From: Rotaria socialis
Lineage: Eukaryota
DNA: 61,356 bases
Assembly: GCA_905331295.1 (NCBI GenBank)
Contig: CAJNYD010000074.1
Coordinates: 372,001 to 433,356 of the forward strand
Reading direction: 5' to 3'
This document shows, one piece after another, positions 52,371-61,356 of the stretch. Each line of letters starts with the position of its first letter. The stretch's first letter is position 1. Made by a program: the position numbers and the translations under genes. The notes under the pieces were generated by a model that was given only the letters and a program-made list of their open reading frames with translations, was not told where the DNA came from and ran no database searches.

Positions 52371-54144
52371 GTGAAAGTAGTCTACATCTACATGTTAAGG
52401 GAAGTAGCAACTTTTTCTAGATAGTCAAGTTCAACAAACTCATGTTTAAACTACATACTTTACGTTGATATTCTTAACTTCTCAGTATTTATAAAACTAT
52501 GCATATTTTAGATGATAGTGCCATTTTTGGTTTCAGAAAACGATGATATAACTATATTTGCGAAAAAGCACAGGTATTTTACTGGTTTTAACATCATTGC
52601 AATTTTGAAAAGTACTCATTCGTTATAAAAGTTAATGATAATTTAGAACGTAGTATTTTCTTCTTATTTTGACAATACATGGATGTCTAGTTTGGGAGAA
52701 TTGAGTAACTCGAATATTAATAAATTTTTCATTGTTTTTCAAGCGTTCAGCAATTATCAAAATTACTAATATCTTAGATTTTAAGCAGTCGATTTTAATT
52801 ATAACAACAGACGAACGCTGCTTTTCTAAAAGAAAGAGTAACGCTCACATCTCCTAAAATTTAATTATAATTTTCCGTAGGATACCATAGCTATTAGAAT
52901 TGATGATATTTAGAACAAAAAATAGATTCTTTGTTCTAGAAAAAAAACGTTTTGCCACATCTGTACGGAATAACTATTTTAAACGTTGCATTGGCCGATA
53001 GCTTCACAAAATGTTTTTGAGTGATGCTCAAAGAATATTCTTTCTGGAGGAGTTAAAACATTGCTGCCTAAAACTTGATCATTGCCGAAATACTTTATAG
53101 CTTTCTAGTCACCAAGTAGTTTCATAGTTGAAATAAACGCAATTGATTGAGGTCGGTCTAATTTATGATAAAATCTGGTTGACTATCCAGAATTTTGGAA
53201 TTCACTAGTAAATTTATGTTACTTTTCCTTCGATAGATTCTGTTGTTATTATTTTCAAAGCCCTTGTAAATTTGGGAATTTACTTTTTTCGGAAATATGG
53301 ACATACCTAGTATTATCTGAGAGCAAGAAATAAAATGGGATATAGATTTTATGACGATTCACAGCTTCGATCTAAGATTTACTCGCTTTAGAACTTCAAT
53401 TAGAAACCTGTATGAATAGCTTAACAAGACCTCCATTCTTTCCTTAAACAGGGAACGTTATGCGATGTCGTCGAATCTGTGGAAACTGGCAAGAGAAATT
53501 AGAGAACGCTACCACGCTAATACAAGTTTAATCAGAAAAATAAGAGGATTAGTCCGTGTTTGCATATGCGCTTGAAGACATTTGAGGAAAAAAACGTAAG
53601 ACTTCTTGATTAATTATTTAGAAAATGCTGCACATCGTAATCACTGAGAAATTTGCCGTTAGTGTTGGTGAATATGTGCAAAGTAGTTAAAATGATCGAG
53701 AACACAGTGTTCTTTGTGTTTTTCTAAAAACAGGATATTTAGTAAACAGTATTCTTTGTCGTTTCAAGATTCGTGATGAAATGGTATCGGATAGATTATT
53801 GAAGTGCTAGCGGTACAGTCACTTTATATCCTATTTTATTTAGAAAAAATTGCAAATGAATAGCCATTTGTGTGTTGACACATGTTCCTAGGTATTTAAC
53901 TTTTCTTTTTAAATAATCTATCTCCTTGTGATAAAATAACTAGCAACCCTCTCATTGTCTTTTTGGCACATACATTTGTTAAAATATCATTAAAAAAAAT
54001 GTTAAAGCGTATTGCTTAGGAAAACTATAAATATAAAATTGTCATTTTGTTTGCCTTGGAATTTATATTAAGCAACAAACCTATTAGTAGAACATGTAAA
54101 AGCACTTGAAGCAATCAATTTCCAAAGAACTTTGAAATTACAGT

Positions 54145-54493
54145 AAATAAATACGGAAACATCGGATTCGCATCCGATTGTTACGTGTACTGCAAAAACT
54201 GAGTCGATTTATATATGTTGTGAATAATTCTGAGAAAAAAAAATTTTTTTTGAAAAAATCCCTGTACCCCCCCTCAGGGATGGTCTGGTTAATAATGACA
54301 ACTTTTTCGATAACTCAGCCATTTCTTCACAGATTGCTTTCATCTTCGAACTCGACTGAGATATTGATGAGATCATTCTGTGTACAAAATTTCATAACAA
54401 TTGGATGAGGCTTTCAAAAGTTATCGTGTTAACGGACGGCCGGACACACTGACCGAATCTAGAGTGTACTCATTTTTTTGGAGTACACAAAAA
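54145..54493 (-). mobile_element. DINE-1/HINE-like non-autonomous Helentron, copy 2
   Basis: Same sequence family and architecture as 27143-27492. Confidence 0.7.
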
Positions 54494-54833
54494 TGATCTT
54501 CATATCGTGATGTATTGACTTCGATCATTCTTCAATATAATATTACTTGACAGAATGACATTTGCATTCGAATCTCCCGTTAAAATCTTTCGCTTAGGTT
54601 ACGCCGCTCTGTTTGTTTATAAGCTAATTTCCTGGCGTCTCAACACTTATAAAACGTTCTATATGAGATTCGTTCTGTAAATCAGCTTCTTTTCGATGCC
54701 CTTGCTTTTATTATTATTAACTTATAGATCCATGTTAAAGTGAAATAGTAAAAAAACTCACACTCCCCTAGCAATGTCAATTAAATATCAATAATTTGAT
54801 TTAACATGAATCGATCAGATCATAAATATACGA

Positions 54834-56843
54834 TTAAGATTCATCCACTCGACATACGATGACTAAAATATCATCTCGACTATTAGCCATATAACCTAGA
54901 AAGTCGCACGAAGTATTATATTGAATTAGAAACATCGTACTAAATATACCATTAACTGCATGCTGAAGAAGATCATCAGCCAGCTGTTGTAGATTCTATT
55001 TTTAAAAAAAGTGTTCTCTTTATATTATACAGAAAAATATTTTAACGGTGAAATTTCTACTTTATTTTTAGTACGTTCAATAATTTGTTTTAATTGTTCA
55101 GATTTAATTACATCCCATAAACCATCAGAAGATAAAATAATAATATCGCCTTGGCGAACTTTAACTGTTTCTAATGAGCCATCTTTTAAAATTTGACTAC
55201 AAGAAGATATGCAGAAAAGCAATGCGAAACATTTATCTTCTCCTACCTTTCATTGAGAAAACAAGGCAACCTTATTGGGCCATTTAACGCAAAGAGTTGT
55301 CGTGGTACACATCCATTTGAATTCATCGTACATGTTGATTGAGAATATAATTCATTATCACGAAAAATAACAAATCCACTATCACCAATATTTAATGATG
55401 TTAATGTACGTTCTTGTTTATCCAACGCAAGTAAACATAATGTACTACTGCCTAGAAGATTTATTCATTTAGTTGTTTTCGAATAAAATAATCTATTCAA
55501 AATGTTTTACCTTGAACGTCTGTTGCTTCGACTTGTTCCATGGCTGATTTAATCAAACGTGGTAATTGATCGGGTTTGAAATTATTTCGATTGATAATAT
55601 TTTCGCAAGCAGATAAAATAGCTCGAGAAAAATCAGCTGGATTTATTCCATAGGAACGATTTCCACCGGCACCATCGGCTAGACCTTTATAAACAATAAT
55701 GAAATAAGAAAATTTTTTCCTCTCCATTATATAATTTGAACGTACCAACAAAACAAAAGTTTTTATTTTCAACCGCCATTCCAGCATCATCACCAAAATC
55801 ACCATTCGTTAAATTTGAATTCAATAATGGTGATTTTCCTTGCCAAGATTTCGATGCACCATTAACAGCAATACGTAATGATAAATTTCGTTCAGTTTTA
55901 TCTACACTGGCTTTTCTATGATTATTTTCGTCAACAGGTAGTTTATTACAACGTGATGACTTGCACTCGTTAGATACTTGTGTATAATTTGTAATACATT
56001 TTTCATGGAGTCGATCAATAAATGCAGCGACTCGTATATTGTGTTCGTTTTTTGATAACCAATTTTCATTATAGACTATTTTTTGTTCAATACGAGATGA
56101 ATAACGATACGAACGATCAGGTGTAAATACGGTTACATGACTAGGATTACTTTTCCGATTTTTATTTTCTTCATCATATTGACGATAATTTGAATACGAT
56201 GAAATATCAGACGACAAACTATAAAAACAATTGATTTAAAATTTGATCAGAGGATTATCGAAACGTATTGTGGCTGAGTTAATTTGCAATTCATTGTCCT
56301 AAAATTCACTCAGGATACGAACATAAACGAATTTGAAGCTTATCAACTAATGATATTAAAACCATAGACATGACTTTACTAATACTCATCGCTCATATTC
56401 TTACTCCTACTTAATACCGACATCTGAATACAATTGAGAACGTCGTCTAACTTGTCATCCTACCTTTCTTGGATTATACAGAATCCGATTTGTAGGAATT
56501 TAGTTTTATACTATCTCGTTTGTACGCATTTGAATCGAAAAGATCAAAGTTCTATTCAAACTTACGTATCGTCGTATGTTTTTCTTGAATCATATGGATC
56601 ATTATTCTTAATCATTGTTCCATGTTTGTTAAATACATTTGTGCTCAGATAACCATATGATTTTATATTATTAATCGATTTTGGTAGACGAGTTTGTTCA
56701 GTAAGAAATTTTTCTACATCAATAAATACTTGTTCGTTATTACGCATTCTAATTGGTCCTCCTCTTCCATAGTCAACATAAACATCATAATCATCTGCAA
56801 ATGTTGCATACTGTAGTGCATTTAAACCTTTTTCTTGAGCCAT
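54834..56843 (-). CDS. PTC7/PPTC7-like PP2C phosphatase with a long N-terminal extension
   Basis: GDFGDDA, LADGAGG, GINPADFSR, GSSTLC, NIGDSGF, SDGLWD, RDDILVI. Exon 56843-56566 splices in frame (AC|T) to the exon starting at 56218. Confidence 0.82.
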
Positions 56844-56884
56844 AGAACTTAGCTAATACTTGATCAAAAACTCAAAATATGAAT

Positions 56885-58944
56885 GAGCTCGCCTTTGCAC
56901 GCTCTCTCTCTCGCGCGCGTGTCGTTTTGTTCGCTTATTCGATCAAGGATTGAATGGATACGCAATCGATTGACATGTACGAGCTGTTTGCGGTTCATCG
57001 AACAAGCTTGAATATTCTACCGCATATTTAAGTTTGCATCATCATGGTGATGATTGCTTCAATTGATGCTTAATATAAACAGAAGGCAAATCATTAAAGT
57101 TGTTGATAGGACAAGAATTTCAGACTAATTTAACTGCTTGGATTGAATTTTAAAACCAGAATACAACTTTTTATTTTGCATTTATTTTCTCAACTCGATA
57201 TCATCTTAATTTTCATCAATAGGTTCTAAAGAAGTACTGTACTCAATGGTGAGCGAGATCGGACTTGGACCTGTCAAGCGAATAAAACGGGAAGTCAATG
57301 CTGCAAACACCCTCGCTCTTCTGGTTAGACTTGTATTTCGAAAGATACAGTTTTAAGCCTATAATTAAAGATTTTAAGTTTTATTCTATTTTCTTAACTC
57401 TTAAATAATATATATATGATCTAATTGTATGCTTTAAAAAGCAGTAAAGAATAATTGCTCTCTAAGAAATCGTAATAGCTTATTGTTCTTATCATTTCAA
57501 AGTCTTGTAAATCTTCAAACGATCAATAGATGAAGCCCAATAACGAGCGAATACCAAAAGCTCAAATAGTAAATCGGCTGAACACTTTTTACTTTACGTT
57601 TTTCAGTTAATACGATGATATTTTAGCAGCTTAAATGAATTTCATGCATGTTCATAAGGATTTCAAAGTATTGAATTCGTCTTGTTCAGATGAAAACTAT
57701 AAATTTTTGACTGAAACCGACTTTTAAATACTGATGGGCATTCTTGTTTCAATCAAATCGAACGTAATAAAGTGTCCGGTGTCAATGACATTGTTGTTTA
57801 TTTTGTTAGTTAATTACTGTGTGCCTTCAGCAATACAATCAAATATTTGATCTATTGAATTCGACGTAAAATTCTATTTTAGAAAATTTAACAAATACTT
57901 TTTTGTCTGATCCGATTCATCTAATAGAAGTCTTAGTACGAAATTCCAAAAAGAATAGTAAAACATGTAGAAGTAACTTCCAATAGCAGACGAATGCCAC
58001 AAAAAAATCTAAAAGTTAAAAGAAAGTCATTCGCATCCATACTCAACTATTCAACAAAATAACTACATTATGGACGAGTTCATAGACTTAGTTAATGCGA
58101 CGCGAAGCATATAGCATTTATGTAGTCCGTCGCGTGCACATCCAAATTCAGCATTTTTGTGATGCGATGATGTCAAGAATGGAATTTCGTCTGATACTCG
58201 TTGAGATGGTGTTAGTAACATTAAGATCGCTGTATGCTACAAATTTTGTCCGATTTCTCCTGTCGAATTTGGTTTGGGCAAAGTAAAATATGAACCATAT
58301 TTTTCAATTAGCCGATTCCATGTAGTGCGACTTGACGTTGATTTAGCCATAACTAAAATGACGTGATAATCAAATACTAGCCACGCCATATATCTCTTCA
58401 CAGCTGATCTAAGATAGTGAATCGTGGATATAAATAATCGTTCTTTAAGAATATATCGCTAAGTATGAATGGAGTTTTCCGCGTGATGAATTTCATTGTG
58501 TCTAGTTGAAACATATTCCATATTTTTTGGAATTCAAGATTTTTCGTATCGTATTCCGCGTTCGAGTGAAACTCTAAGACCATGTGTCGTTCAAATGTAA
58601 AAATATTTGTAAACATATCACATGCTAAATTAGCACCAAATCATAGAAAAGTCTTAATTAAAACAACTGATGATAATCAGCAAAGAAGTGTTGGGTGTGT
58701 AACTTAAGTGACGATCGAAAATTTACCCTTCTCGTTGAATTTACTGAGTTTGAGGCTGTCGTTTTTCTTCTTGTGCGATCCATAATTGTTCGATGTGCAT
58801 CGAAAAAATCCCGGATTGTGAATTGGTGGTGGAAGGGCTAACGTAAGGTTGCATCATTTGATTCACTGATTGAAACCAAAAAAAAATGTAACGACACATG
58901 TGTACGTCGAATATTTACGCGCTCAGTTAAGCAAAGGCGAGCTC
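56885..58944. mobile_element. Probable decayed ~2-kb DNA transposon bounded by a perfect 14-bp inverted repeat
   Basis: GAGCTCGCCTTTGC (56885-56898) / GCAAAGGCGAGCTC (58931-58944). Flanks GAAT / GCAT. Only broken ORF fragments inside. Confidence 0.5.
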
Positions 58945-60438
58945 GCATCTTGAAGCCAGTTGGTAAGGAATAGAATTGAGGTAAATCAAATGATGTTTGT
59001 CTTTACTGTTCTTTTCCATTTTTCTCGTAATACGTTCGTGTCTGTAATTTTTCTATGATAAATTATAGTTACGGTTTATCACTCACAATTATGTGTTACG
59101 CGAATATAATTTAATTCATACATCATAGAAAAAATATCGACCGGCACAGTGAAGATTGCATCTGATGAGTGTTTCTACTATGATTAAGCACCATTAAGTA
59201 GTTTCGATGTAGTCTAGAAAATAAAATGAAATATTTGTTTTGAACTTATAAAAAATAGATTTCAGTTTTGAAAAGAAGACAAATTACCAACTCTTCGACT
59301 CGACTCTGGAATCGAATTATTTTCAAATATACGATATTTTACCTAGTTACAATGCAAGCAATTCTAAAATAAGCATGGCACAAAATGGTGATGCTCACTG
59401 AATTAGGGAGTTTTTAATTTTTCGAGATCATGAATACCTTCTGTCAACGAAGAAAATGCTGCTCTGTTCTCATTTCCGCCTTCTTATCAATGACATTGAA
59501 AACAATTAAATGATTAGTTACCAACGCTTTGAACTCAAATTGACGTATCACTCGGACTGTTATTTGTTGATAAATATCATTCACAGAATATTCTGGGGAT
59601 GGAGCTCGGCAATCTTAAACAGATCTTTAATTCAAGTTGATCTAATAAGTGTTATAGAAATGATAATCGAACAAAAAGTATTTTTAAGATGTTAACGAAC
59701 AACTATTTCATCATATTTTCCCATAACAATCGTTTTTTGTTTGGCAGTCGAATAAGAAAAAGATGTCTTCGACTTCTACAATTCAGTTGAAATAATATTA
59801 ATTTTCTATTTTTTTCATTTAACGCGTTTCTCTCAGTTGTTCTTTTTGTTATATTTCGAAAATCCGATCGAACGTTATCTTCAAAAGAAGAGAAATTACT
59901 TTTTGAATATAAAATAATTTGATACCACTGACTTTGTTCAAGACATTCTGTAAATTCTATTATATCTCTTAATGGACAATATCTAATATTCAAGTGAGAT
60001 CAACAAGTATTATATTGTCGATGTTCACATGAAAGTTAACGTCGTTGTTGTAAAATAAGATTGCACAGTCGACAAATATACGATCTGTTGATAGTTTTTC
60101 TGTTTCTTACGTCAAAATCAAGCATAATTGAACAACATTGTAAATGCAACTACGCAGTAACATAACCTCTGCTTTTTATTTGTACTCTTTTCAATCTTTT
60201 TGCATCAATAGAATTTCATGAAACAGTCTGTTCAATTGTTTCTTTCGTAGTGTAGACTAACGTAAGAAGAAATACAGTTGGAATAGGTAAAATAATTTAC
60301 AATATTTCGCTCAATGTTTTGCCCGCAGTAATAATAAAAATAGTTAACCAATGGAAGAGGTCAGAGATCGACAACAATAGAAAAAGACCAGTGTGCATAA
60401 AATTTTCTCTAAGAAGATCTTCCAGTGTTTTAACGAGG

Positions 60439-60740
60439 GTGTCCAAGGACTGAGGATTAGGAATTCCTCATCAGTTGCTCTACAGTTACTTGCATACTAA
60501 AGGTAAAAATATGGAATATTCACGATAATTTTTGTTCTTACACTCATTTTCACTTGCAAAATTGTGAGAATCAATGATTTCATGCAGAAACTATTTTTAA
60601 AACAGCAATATCGCGACTCTCGTGAATGGAGGAGCTGTGAGAGAACCTATAGTTGATTTCCCTTTCTCCTAGGAATTATCACAGATACACTGACAATTCC
60701 TCGGCTCATTAGGAATTTCTATTTCTCAGTCCTTGGACAC
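60439..60740. mobile_element. ~300-bp MITE
   Basis: GTGTCCAAGGACTGAGGATTAGGAATTCCT versus reverse complement GTGTCCAAGGACTGAGAAATAGAAATTCCT. Exact termini and TSD unclear. Confidence 0.7.
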
Positions 60741-61164
60741 GACTGATTACAAACACTCAACTTCAATAACTTTAAAAACAACATGCAACAACCAAATAAG
60801 AGCAAGCTAGTAAAGAATCGTGTTGTCCTGTTTCGGTAAATTTTCATGACGAAGTCTTATTGTGTACAAGAAGAGTTATCTAACTAAAGAAAACACTTTT
60901 CTTTTTATTTAAGAAGAAATTTCACATTGCAAGATTTTATTTCGAAAATTTTTGAATTTTCACCAAGTTTAAACATGAATCACGCAACAATACTCCAGGA
61001 AAGTTTTAGTTTTTGCTTTTACGGGATTCGTGTTCATTTTTCTACAGAATCAAATGCTGAATGTTTTGAAAAAAGTTTCAGCTCAGACTGTACCTGTTAC
61101 GGGCCTGCCCTCACACTAGTCATTTCTCTTCTTTCATCTCTAGTCATCCACCACATCTATCGTC

Positions 61165-61208
61165 ATATACATATATATATATATTTATATATATATATAC
61201 ATATATAT
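61165..61208. repeat. Imperfect (TA)n microsatellite
   Basis: Direct inspection. Confidence 0.9.
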
Positions 61209-61356
61209 TCTTGTTGTCCTCTCGATGGAGGAGAGAGAGAGATGTCTGTTTGTTTTCTCCTGGTTTCGTTTTTTGTTTGTTATATTTTTTTTTAGTCTTC
61301 GATTTCACAATAAACAGAAGGGTGAAGATCTCACCCCTAATAGTACCTCCCTGTAC

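Noticed and set aside
56464..56510. Possible extra exon of the phosphatase
   Set aside because: Including it introduces an in-frame TAA; skipping it keeps the frame.
59510..59993. Short ORFs that may be a gene relic
   Set aside because: No family signature or convincing exon chain.
60927..61295. 122-aa ORF
   Set aside because: Runs through (TA)n, (GA)n and T-rich low-complexity sequence with a non-ATG start.

Overview
AT-rich eukaryotic genomic DNA with many short (~50-70 bp) GT-AG introns. Intron size, gene families and an intronless fungal-type gene fit a bdelloid rotifer (inference, not checked by search). The main structure is a diverged direct duplication of BCAS3(-)/FAHD1(+)/PGM3(+) at ~4.2-15.9 kb and ~22.2-31.5 kb, with a metaxin-like gene only in the first block. 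Between the blocks lie an intronless fungal ATR1/AMF1-like MFS transporter, a MITE cluster and a 100-N gap, so the adjacency may be a scaffolding artefact. The first PGM3 copy is intact but altered in several normally conserved motifs. Other genes: 7B2 3' end, a tetraspanin, a 92-aa protein of three DxNxDG repeats, a Sib/integrin-beta-like pseudogene, an intronless TBC RabGAP, a GPCR plus its pseudogene, and a PPTC7-like phosphatase with a long N-terminal extension. Mobile DNA includes a decayed mariner with two nested insertions, two DINE-1/HINE-like elements and several MITEs. Exon boundaries and family calls were made by eye.
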